From: Paraspadella gotoi
Taxonomy: Eukaryota; Animalia; Chaetognatha
Reading direction: 5' to 3'
Length of the DNA stretch: 64,000 nt
NCBI GenBank assembly: GCA_051294375.1
Contig: CM119265.1
Location: 12,888,124-12,952,123, forward strand
Shown here: one piece after another, positions 37,797 through 49,000 of the stretch
Position numbering within the stretch: position 1 is the stretch's first letter
Layout: every line of letters starts with the position of its first letter
The notes under the pieces: generated by a model
Told to the model about the DNA's origin: nothing
What the model saw: only the letters and a program-made list of their open reading frames with translations
Database searches by the model: none
Translations under genes and position numbers: made by a program

Positions 37797-40700
37797 TCAA
37801 CGATTTCTTTTCTTTTTGTTCATCTTTTCTCTGTATAACTGATAACTCTTTTTCGCGTCTTTTTTCAATCTAGTTTTTAGAATATTCTCTTTCGATTTTA
37901 ATCCGTCGCCGAGGTTCGCCTTCGCAGCGTCGTTCTTCGAGTGCCATTTCCGTCTGAATCCCATCGCCGGGTTGACGTTCGGGGGAGCTCGCGATTTCGG
38001 CGAATCGATCTCTCCGTCTTCACCTTCCTCCCTATTGAGAGCCTCCGCTTTGCTAACCTTCTTCCACTTGGCGTATCTGTCAGTCTTGTACGACGCGGTG
38101 ATCCACTGGCCACTTTCGTTTTTGATTTTTTTTCCGGCCTTCACCTGCTTCTCGTTGACGCCGACAAACTTCATCTTCTTCCGATCCCAGCGCTTTCTTT
38201 TCAGAAGATCCCGTTGACGACGCATGGCATCATCGTCGTCGCCAGTGAGGTCCATGGTAACCCCTTTGGCTTCAAACTCGAACGAGTTGGAGCTGGAGAC
38301 CTCAAGACCCCTCTCCGAATGAAAATCCTTGGCGAGGGAAGGCACGTAAAATTGGTCATCCTTAAAACTCTTCGCTTCGTTTTTTCGACTTTTCTTTGCC
38401 TCTATTTTTTTGAAAAAAGCGTCGGTACGATTCTTAGGAGCGATGATGTTGGCGCCGAAAGTATCGGCGATGTCAGCGCCGGAGGCTTCGTCGAAAGAAA
38501 CTTCGGTGCCGTCGACCGTTTCGACATGTGACATATTGACGTTGGCGTTTCCATCGGTTTCTAACTTTCGTCGCTTCTTAACGACAATCTCATCATGGGT
38601 CTGCCGCTTTTGTTTCATAACCGCCACCGCTTCCGTTTGTTTCGATTTATTGATTTCGAAAATTGTAGCTTGGGGACGGAAAGATTTCATATCCGACAGT
38701 AATTGTTGCAAAGGCTGTTTTCAATAGAGGATAAGAAGTAAAATAATCTTTAAGGATATTAAACGGTACTGTAAGAGTTACTTTTCCACACCTCGGCGGC
38801 ATCCCCATCCGATACTAGACATGGATGGGGTGCGATAGTTGAAGAGGCAAGATTCATCAATTTTAGTCGCTTCGAACTTTCCGTCGACGCGACCGGTCGG
38901 GATTTGATGTACATTTTGTAAGCGTTTGTTGTTACCTACGTGCGTCAAGATTAGACGTTAATATGAAAAATAAGCTTAAATTAATTTCATTTCCATTTTC
39001 CATTTTACCTTGACCAGATTGCTGACTTCGGCCGAATCCGTAACAAAACGGTTTAGAGAATCTCCTTCGCGATCCAGGATTGACTGTGGAACGCCACCTA
39101 CGAGGCCGTCTTCGTCGGAGGCAGAATTCGGCTGAGCGAAGGTAAGGGTTCGACCGAGAAAAAGGTGGAGATCCAGCAAGTGAGCGAATTCGTCCGAGGA
39201 AACGAGGGAGTAGGCGGTACCAGTGGCGCCCGCACGTGCCACTCGCCCGACACGATGAACGAAAACTGACAAATTAAACATTGACGTGTAAAATTTAGCG
39301 TTAAATTAAATTAAAATAAATTATTATTAAATTATTTTCGGTAAAAATTTCTTTCAGCTAAAATACAATTTAGCATAATTTTTCACTAACCTTTTGCCTT
39401 TGCGGGGAAATGAAAATTTATGACGTTGTCCAACAAAGGGATGTCAATTCCTCGAGCTGCCACGTCCGTAACTATCATCACCTTTTTGTTATAATAACCA
39501 AATTAAATTAGGATATATTAATATTTTTTCCAATACAATCAAGACCATTACCTTGGCCTTTTTCAATCGGAATTTGGCCACCTCTATCTTCCGGGCTACT
39601 TGATCAAGAGCAGAGTAACAAAACGCAACCTCAAAACCAGCGAGAGTCAAAATCTCCCGAAGGAATTCAACGTGATGCTTCGTGGCGACAAAAACAAGAG
39701 TTTGCGCGTCTGCGGCGACGACTTGACGCAAAAAGTGCAAGAGCAGCGCAACCTTGTCCTCTTGACGTACGTAGAGGAAAGACGTCTGGAGATTTTCGCT
39801 TAACTTCGTCTCGACGTCCAGGCGAATCAAAGTAGGATCCTTAAACGTTGAATAAAATTTTCGGTAGGATAATAAGCCAGGTTTGCACCAAAACTTACCT
39901 TTAGGCCGGCTTTGGCAAAGTCTACCAGCATTTTGGGCAAGGTTGCGGAGAACAGTAGCGTTTGTCTCCTAGAGTCATTTGGAAGGCGATCCAGGATTTG
40001 ACGCATTTGGTCAGCAAAGCCGAGCTCGAATAAGCGGTCTGCCTCGTCGAAGACAATGTACCTGCAATTAATGTCTACTACTACTAATCGCTTTTAAAAA
40101 TTTTAAAACTTAAGGACTGTCAATTCGATTTCATTTCTCGTCTTCCTTGACCAATGAGCTATTCGCAACTAATCAAGTAAAAAATGAGGGAATCCTCGGA
40201 CCTTACTCGACGGAATTGAGGTTAAGATTCATTTCCAAAGTGACATGAAGAAACCTTCCCGGTGTGGCAAGAATCACATCGGGGTTGGTATGAATGGCTG
40301 CGAACTGATCCTCGATCTTCTCTCCCCCGAGAATGACGACGGCTTGAAGACCAACGAAGCGACCCAACTCCTTAGTGAATTTCAAAGTTTGTAAGGCGAG
40401 CTCGCGCGTGGGCGAAAGGATCAGGGCACGGACGCCTGTAGCGATAAGAAAAGGATAATGGAATTTGCGGCTAAATTTTACTTTCGCCGACCGATGTTTT
40501 GGCGTATTTTTATAAACTATTTAAAAATATTTATGTTAACAAAATTTTTTTTAAAAAATTATTACCTAATTACGCTAACCCTCAACCCTCTTAACCCTAA
40601 CCACCCCTAACCCTAAACCACCCTTAACCGTAACCCCCCATAACTCTGGTCGTCTAAAGTAAAATGAACCCGAATTGCTATCAAATCACGAATAAACAGG

Positions 40701-41366
40701 GTGGGAAAACAACCAACCCGCCATGGCACTCCTCGCTCGTAGACGTTGAAACATTGGAACCAAGAAAGCCGCCGTTTTGCCACTACCCGTCCGCGCCATC
40801 GCCACGCAGTCACGTCCTTCCAGCAGCAAAGGAATGCACTTGCGCTAAAATATCAAGGTATATAAATAATAGTAAACCAGGGAAAAAGAGAAAAATAAAT
40901 CTTTTATCCTGTACCTGGATGGGTGTCGGCTGCTTATATCCTTTCTTAGTTATGCCTTTAAAGACATTTGGATTAAGGCCCATAGACAAAAAACCACCAC
41001 TTTTTTTATGTTTTCTATTTTGTTCTCGGACCAATGAATGGTAGTCTTCCACTTCATTATTATCGTCATCGCTAGCGTAAAACAAAAAATCTTGAGGAAA
41101 TTTCAAGCTACCAACTGATACAGTACAAGCTGCTGCTTGTATTGTATCAGTTGGCAGCTTGAAATTTCCCATATAGTTCACAATCAATATTTCATACATA
41201 CCTATTAATTTGGTTGTTAGAACTTCCATCGCCAACTGCAGATTTCACTTCTTCAAAGTTGTTTTCATCCATTTTTGAAAGTTCTTTTCGAAATATACCG
41301 CCCTTCTGTTTCTGAGAGTTTACTTTTTTCCGTACCTCGGCTTTGGAATTTGCTTTTTTCTTCATG
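37797..41366 (-). CDS. DDX54: DEAD-box RNA helicase DDX54/Dbp10
   Basis: [81 protein letters not shown], and the C-terminal DBP10[26 protein letters not shown]. About 10 exons. Confidence 0.96.
40577..40645 (+). repeat. Degenerate (TAACCC)n telomere-like tract in a DDX54 intron
   Basis: TAACCCTCAACCCTCTTAACCCTAACCACCCCTAACCCTAAACCACCCTTAACCGTAACCCCCC. Confidence 0.6.
41096..41169. repeat. 74-nt near-perfect palindrome (35-bp arms) inside the first DDX54 coding intron
   Basis: GGAAATTTCAAGCTACCAACTGATACAGTACAAGC-TGCT-GCTTGTATTGTATCAGTTGGCAGCTTGAAATTTCC, with 2 non-Watson-Crick positions. Confidence 0.9.
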
Positions 41367-41481
41367 GTCTCAATTTTAGAAGTTTAAATACTTCCAAAAA
41401 AAATCAAAAATGAAAGAAAGGATAATCTCACTTTTACCATAAAAAATATTAGTTGTATTCTATTACAAACGTGTATATATA

Positions 41482-42830
41482 TTAGCTTATAGAAGCTATA
41501 TCAAAGTATATTAAACAATTTCTTGGAAGGATATACCAAGACGGGGTAATTTCGTCGAAGACAAGATTTGATTGGGATTCGATGAGTCCAACAAGCGCGC
41601 CACTAATCTGCGCGAGAATCCTCTGCGCAGATCCAGACCTGGCATCGAAGCATGAATCACGAACGAAGAGAACCAACCACGACAAAAGGCACTTGAAACT
41701 GCCAACATTCGAAATTTGAAATAATGCGAAATACAGTATAATAAAATATATTTCAAGGATGTAAATTACATTATTAAATAACGCTAATAAAAAAAAATAG
41801 GAAAACTGTTTAGAACAGTGTACAATAAGCATTCTCACAATAAAAATTTCGAACGAGTCAATTCATTTCTTGATAGTAGCTTTTGAAGAGTTCATTTTTT
41901 CCTACCATATCATATTCAGCTTATGAAAATAATATTGGGTGACCAGCAGTCTTTACACGAAATAAAGGAATGATAACATACTTTACAGTAAAATGATTAA
42001 TCCAATAATAGTTATCAAGAGAACCCGTCAAGTGATCAACTTGCTATTTTGACGGCGGTCTGTTGATATGTACTCACTTCTTTTAAAATCAAATTCTCGT
42101 GATATTCTATTGAGTGGCTCACGCTTTATTTTCAAGGTTTACATTTTACTTTTAATTTCTTTCAAGACAGTTCTTATGAGCTGGATTAATAAATAATTAT
42201 CATTATTTACATTAAAATATGTTATGCGATCAATTTTTAAAGGCGCATGATGACCGAACCTCGCGATGAGGAAAATCAAGCGAAGGCTTCCAACATTTGC
42301 TTTGGACCAAGATATTATTAGGATAAGCAGTTACCATGAAAAATCTAGCTTTATCGATAAGCTAGTTTTAAGCCTCTCGAATTCTTTTTTTATCACACTT
42401 AAAACATAATTATCACCTGAATACCTAAATTTAAAAATGGTAAAATTAACCAAGATGTAGTAAAATACATATCAATAATTTTAATATCCATTGAAAAAAG
42501 GATCAAATACAGCAAACAGTGAATCAATCCGAAAATTAAAATACATTTTCTTATTTACATTGCATAGAATTTTGTACTGACTATATACTACGCCAGACTG
42601 CATATGGCATTTTGGGCATAAAATATCTTTCAATTTCGGGTTCATCGAGTATTCGAAATGACGCCATAAACTAAATGGGTCCAACGAACAATAAGTCATC
42701 TCGGAAGAAATGGAAAGCTGGGTCAAGCTGGGCAGAAGAGATCGATATGGGCGCTTAGCAAACATGATAATGTGTGACGGTCATCATTCAAGAAACTCGG
42801 TGGCATGGAATGAATTTAATTGCATGATTC
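41482..42830 (-). pseudogene. Possible decayed multi-exon gene between SIN3 and DDX54
   Basis: Several exon-like blocks bounded by AG/GT sites (about 42830-42560, 42415-42335, 42180-42079, 41697-41482). Their translations look protein-like but are interrupted by stops, e.g. LIRTVLKEIKSKM*TLKIKREPLNRISREFDFKR. Confidence 0.3.
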
Positions 42831-43013
42831 CAACGATATAACGTTAACTGCCCTTTTTCATTAAACTATAAATAAAAAAATAATGGCACCAGATACTCCC
42901 AAAACAAAATTATCCCCCCAAATTTTCTACATCTGATATCACAGACACTATCATAAACAAATGACGCCTTCGATTACAAAACCAGAGCTTCATAACACAG
43001 TGAAGGCCCTTTG

Positions 43014-46000
43014 CTAAGACGTCTTCCCCGAAACTGCGGATGCAGACGACAAAGAGGAAGCAGGTGTCGACTGCGGAGTCCTCTGGGATATCGCTAAGGT
43101 CGGAGGTGGCAAAAAAGCCACAGAAAAACGGCGGTACGGGTGGTATGGCGTTGCCTCTGAAGATTCAATGGAAGAGACATGAGTTCTGCAGAGTTTCTGA
43201 CCATCTTTGGAGAGTCCAGCGCCCGTGAGCCAGTCTTCAATTTGCTTGGCGGAAGATTTGGTCACGTGCTCTTTAGTCCACTCGTCGTAAAAGCGGAGAA
43301 AGCGATGATAGAGACGAAGCGAGACTCGTTTGTGCGACTAAGAAAGTTAAACAAGAGATGTTTATGTTTATGTACTTTTTTAAAACGTAAAATTTCGACA
43401 AACAAAACACTTACCCTCTTGGCCTTTAGCAGACTGGAATGCTTGTAAAGGTAGCTTTCACTGTTGACTACATAGAGCATCTTGAAGTTTCCAAGACTAA
43501 ATTTGCACTCGATATCATCGGTGACGGTCAGGTCCGAGAGATTTATTCGCGAGGCGGACGACGTTGCTGTCGCCGGAGCAGTCGAAGACGTCATCAGCGG
43601 CGCGGACGAGGAAACTGTCCTTGGTTCTTCCTTCTTTCTTTGATCCACTCGATCACTAACGCCGCTCCGAGTTCCTCCACCCGATCGTCTCTTTATTCTC
43701 GACCTCCACCGGCGGATATTCCGCGATAGGAAGACCGGCTTCCTTTTGAGATGATCCCGAAGCTCAACACCGACGTCGTCGTCGATGCCTCCGGCCCCGA
43801 TTAGAGAGAGAAGCGCCGCCTCGGATGAAGCGAGGGGCCCCATTTGGCACTCGTCAGTGGCAGAAGACGGATTAGTAGTTCCTTTTTCTTCTTTTGGTTT
43901 AGCGTCGCCAATGTAGTTGTCAACGTAGTTGCTCCACTTTTCCGCCTCGGCGACTTCTTCTTGACCCGAGTTCGTTTCGCTTTCTGTCACGAGCATTTCG
44001 ATTGAGATGTTCATAGATTTGTTGTGCTGAAAAGATAGGAAAATGGAATTTAGGAAACTTCAATTGTCATCTTAAAAATGAGTTAGATAGAATGGATCAC
44101 TTACTGTTATGACTTTGTAGCAGTTTTCTTCGGCTAAGGCTTGCTCGACCTTTTTCTGGTAGGCAGCTTCGTGACTTAAATTGCCGATTGCGGAAGCAGC
44201 GGAAGCGCGATGAAGAACGCGAGACTCTTTAAACGCCTCAGTCACCATTACACAAGGGTCGTCTTGAACCAGATGTTGCAACTAGAAAATATGTATGTAG
44301 ATATTAGATAAATATGTCATCGAAGGTATTAATTTGAAAGTAAATTAAAAAGCACGTACAACAAAAAATTGTAATATACAGGGTAGTGATTCAAAACTTA
44401 GAAAATTAAAATGTTACTGCAGCTGAAATCTTTTTTTTTCAGCTGTGTACAATGCCTTTTGTTACATCCATGCATAATAACCCCAGGACTATTGGCTCTT
44501 TATACCTGAGAACAATATATAGTAGACTGCAGCAATGGATTTTTGCAAAAGTATTTTTCTTTCATCTGATGCTGCAGTAGATTACATTAAGCGATTTACT
44601 TGATATTTTACACAGAGATTCCCAACTACATCAGTTATTGATTTCATAAGCGCACAGAATGGCACTTAACCAGAGTGGCTGATACAGTGTGAACTTAAGA
44701 AATAAAATAAATTTTTACAGCATATTAAAATTGCTTTTATTAATTAAGGTTAAAATAGGTCCTATTAAACTGGGGAAGTTAAATGGCCATAGGATAATAA
44801 AGATAAGATGTTCCAGTAAATATTTCTAAATAGAGTTATTTTCTTTCTTTAGAATTTTCCTTTTAGCATAGAATTAATCTACGAGCGTGCATGTCAGGAA
44901 CAAACTCTTGTGGAATCTCGATTGGAACTTTGTGGAAATCCGTATAAACATTTGTGGATTTAATTAATTCATTGATTGTCTTATTTAATTAAAGATTCAT
45001 TGATTATTCATTCTTACGTCATTGATAATTATTTAATTGATTCATTACTATTTTTCCCCTCAGCTATCATGAGTTAATGATTAATATTTTATAGCAGAGG
45101 TGTTGGGTACTTAGTGTTTTCTTAGTGATCCCTTTGTGCTCACTAAGCTGTGGTTACTGATCCATTGTGTCCTTTCTTGATATACAATATTACAGTGTAG
45201 TGACTCTGGGCTAGTGAAACTGTTGACGCCCTGCTGCCCGCGTCTAGTGGCATACGAGCAACGCTGAGACTCTTTAAGCTGCCCCTTTGGTCTGCAGCCA
45301 CCCGTTGACATTGTTGGTTTGGGGTATGCTACAATTGTTACCTGCAGCATCCTTATAAATGGCCCTAATCAACTCGGGCTTGAGTTATTATGAATAGTAG
45401 TTATTCCTATTCTGAATAGCCTTCTTAATAATATAACATACTGCTAGTCGTGGTTTTAAGCTCAAAACCGGCGAAAAGCAAATTCGACAAATGTTGCATT
45501 CTTTTTAGTAGCGCAGCGTATTGTAACTGTAAGAGCATGAAAAAAATAAAACCTATATCAGAAAGAGAAAACGTCGGTGATTATTTTAGTATATTATAAA
45601 AAGACAATAACTTTTTGCCTATAAAATATGATGGTAAATACTATTCTAAGTTTTGATTCACTACCCTGTAGGTCCTAAAAATTGAAGACTTGGCATTTTT
45701 TAGGTCTCTATGAGCGAAATAATTTATATTATTGATTGAAATTTAATACATTAACTTAGTTTTTTAATATAACGGTGTTGGACATAAACTCTCGTCGTAA
45801 TCCATCGATCTTATTTATCTTGAGAATTTATTTATTTATTTATTTATTTTGAGAAATTTATTTATTTTGAAAAAACTGCAACCTCTTCACAACCATTGAA
45901 CCGTAATTCAAGTGAACAAAAGTACTCACTTGCCGGACGCAATTGGCGACAACCTTGTCAAGGGTGAAGGCAACGTAGGCATGGATGCCAAACATTTCCC

Positions 46001-49000
46001 TCAGCATGTCTTCAAAGGCAGACGATTCCATGTTTCCGTCTAGGAGATTCTTAACCATATCCAAAAATCCAACGTAGTACTCGTCAGGTTGAAATTCGAC
46101 TGTTGTAGGAATGAAGAGCAGTCAAAATAAGAATTTAAAAGCCAAATAAAATTCAAAGTTACTAACGAGGAGTTTTCAAGCGGAGGGCGATGGCGGCGGA
46201 CTCCTTGCGCTCGGACTTGTCGAAACCCTCTGTTTGCACGATCCTTTGGGCACGGAGGAAAATCTTATGGAGTCGCTCGCAGAGAATGTGATGTAGTCGG
46301 AAAAACAGGTACCAGTTGTTATTACAGAAGAAGAGGTTGGAGGCATCATCGGGCTGGTAAAAGAGTTGGGGAGGTAAATGTGTAAATGAAATAAGTTTGA
46401 TCGAAGACCGCTCATATGGTAGAAACCAGCTTACCTCCTCGATCTTCTCCTGTTTGACAACGAAATCTGCCCTGGACTCCCTCGTTCTCTTCGTCTCTTT
46501 GAAGTTCTTTCCATCCTCCCGTTTGGTCTCTTTCCCGTCGCTCTTATCTTTGGCGTTTCTAAAACCAGGCCCGCTACCATTGTGTCCAACCTCGTTCCCG
46601 TTTTTGCCAGTTTTTTCTTTTTCGTCAGCGGCGTCTTTTCTGCTACCGCTTCTCTTATTTTTATCGTCAGCGGCGCCACTGTCGCCCTCTTTGTCTATGG
46701 CGTCGTCCCCGGGCTCCGCTTCGTCGTCGCTGAGTTCGCCGCGAGGGGCAAATAAGAGATCGGGAACAAACTGACGGAGAAGAAACTTGATCTTTTGCTT
46801 GTCTTCTTTGTTGATGCCTGAGGTTTCAAAAGAAAAGAAAATTTTCTACCCTATCCTCATTGTTGAGAAAAATAAAAAATCTGAAATTACATCTTACCAG
46901 TCTGTCGCTTGACATGATGTACCAAGAGACCAGCAGCATCAGCAAAGATGTCTCTATTGTAAAACTGGAGGTTTAGATGGGGGCCAGAGGTAGGCACCGG
47001 ACCGGCGGATAAACTTTGCCCAACGTTTTTAGATTTGGCTGGATTGACAGCGGCGCCGTTCGAAGAGGGACCGCCACCGGTCTCCGATGCCTCTAAAGCT
47101 TCGTGGCGCTCGTCAAAAAGCGCCTCTATTTCGTTTAGCAAGCTTTTGGATCGCATATTGCGAGTGTCGCTTTGCTTGAACGAAATTCCTGTCGTAAGAC
47201 ATGGTAGAAAAAAAAAATCATGATCGAATTATTCAAGGGCAAAAGGGTATGAATCACGGCTCACCCTGATGGTCCAAGGACTTGAGGTAATACTTTTCGT
47301 TCTCCTCTCGCCATCTTTTATTGAATCCCTTCTGCGCCTCTCGCCATTCCTCCTCTTTGGCCTTCAGTCGGCGGAGAACTAAGGGTACGGCGACGGCGGG
47401 GTTCTTTTTGAGACCCTCGACAATATCTGCCGCTTTGTCGCCATAAATGCGTTGAATCGCTTTGCGATGAGTCACCTCGCTTGTTCCACCTTTTTGAAAG
47501 CATAGATAATTGATACCTGTATAATATACAGGGTATAACCCACTTACACTATAGAAAATACCCACCGAGCGAACTGTCGAGCCTGAACTTAGCGGCGTCT
47601 TCCTGAGACATCCTTGACAACTTGCGCTGGACGGCCTCGAGGGCTTTGATGGCGGAGAGGTTTGTCTCCAAGACTACGTCAAGCTCAAACCTCTCGTCCT
47701 CGCACTTGTAAATGTGTTCCTCGTACTGCGTCTTTCTCGAAGTGACGAACGTCGAATCTTCGGACCAGGAGGGAAACGAGACCCAAGTGTCGTTCAAAAC
47801 CTAATAGTAAATAAACAAATAATAAACATTAACTCTCGTTGTAGTTCGTCGCTCTTAATTTCCTTTTGTAAACGTGTTTAAAAATATAAAAAGCGTTATT
47901 GATACTCTCAGAAGGGTGAGCAAGAGACGACAAACCCGCTCACCAATAGAACCAATTGGTAATTAGAGAACTGAAGACGGGCAAAAAGATTTAGACAAAA
48001 TTGGGGCGTTCGTCCAAATATTTTAAAGTTTAAAGTTTTTTTAAATCACATACACGCACTGAAACTACTAATTATACTATTAACTTCCACTAATTATAAA
48101 GTAATCGTTAATTATTTTAAAAATTATTTTGCTGCTTTCTTCATATAATCAGAGTGCACGATGAAAATTTTTAATTGTAAAATAATTACCTCCTTGCAGA
48201 GAGACGTTCTGCCAGAGCACTTTGGCTGATGTGCCAACTTCGGTAATGCTCGGTATGAAGCGCCACAGCGCTTACACGATGAAAAATCTGCATTAATAAG
48301 GAAAATAAAGAATATTGGTAAAACAATCACAACATATTAGACAAGAGTTAGTATAAAAGGGTTATCGTTATAATATCATGGAGATGAGCACTCAGTTACC
48401 AATACAATTAATGCCGTGTTCATGTCGCGTTTGAAGAGGAAACTAACCGATCTCAGAGGTGTGTTCGACGCCTGATTTTTCAGCCTGAATACGGGCGACA
48501 TTCCCGGGTACGACATCAACAATTTGTCCCGACTCCTTGTATCCAAGAAAATCTTTGAACCACTTGAAAAGCTCAGCAAATTTTCCGAGGAAGGGTGCAA
48601 CCAGTTGGATAAGTTCCGCACGGGACACGATCTCTTGGTTAAATAGCAGTAGGCAGCGCAGAAAATTTTCGTAAACTTCTTGGTTTTTCAGCGCTTTTCG
48701 GACCTAAGGAGATAGTAATGCAGCTGTACTTACTAAAATTAAAGGATGGTCATTATACGACTGATAATGAGGTAAGTTCACTAATTTTTTGAGAGCATTA
48801 TTTAAAGAATTTTCTTACTTTGTCAAAAAAGGCGAATTCGTTGAGCGATCCGTGCTTTCCTGCTTCGATCAAAGACACGTTTTTTATCGTCCCCGATTTG
48901 GCCTTTTTAGGCGCCGGACCAGCCGCAGGCGCGTTAATGGGTCGGCGCATTTGGTTAGTAGACCCTTGTTTTTTGGTGGACCCAGTAGCGGCGGAACCGG

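Noticed and set aside
42079-42415. Stop-codon reassignment suggested by TAA/TAG inside exon-like blocks
   Set aside because: Conserved genes in the window have no internal stops and terminate with TAA, TAG and TGA normally.
45100-45350. ORF 45111-45350 and a possible ribozyme in a GC-richer patch inside the SIN3-intron MITE
   Set aside because: No recognisable protein motif and the catalytic core consensus is not met; probably an old nested repeat fragment.
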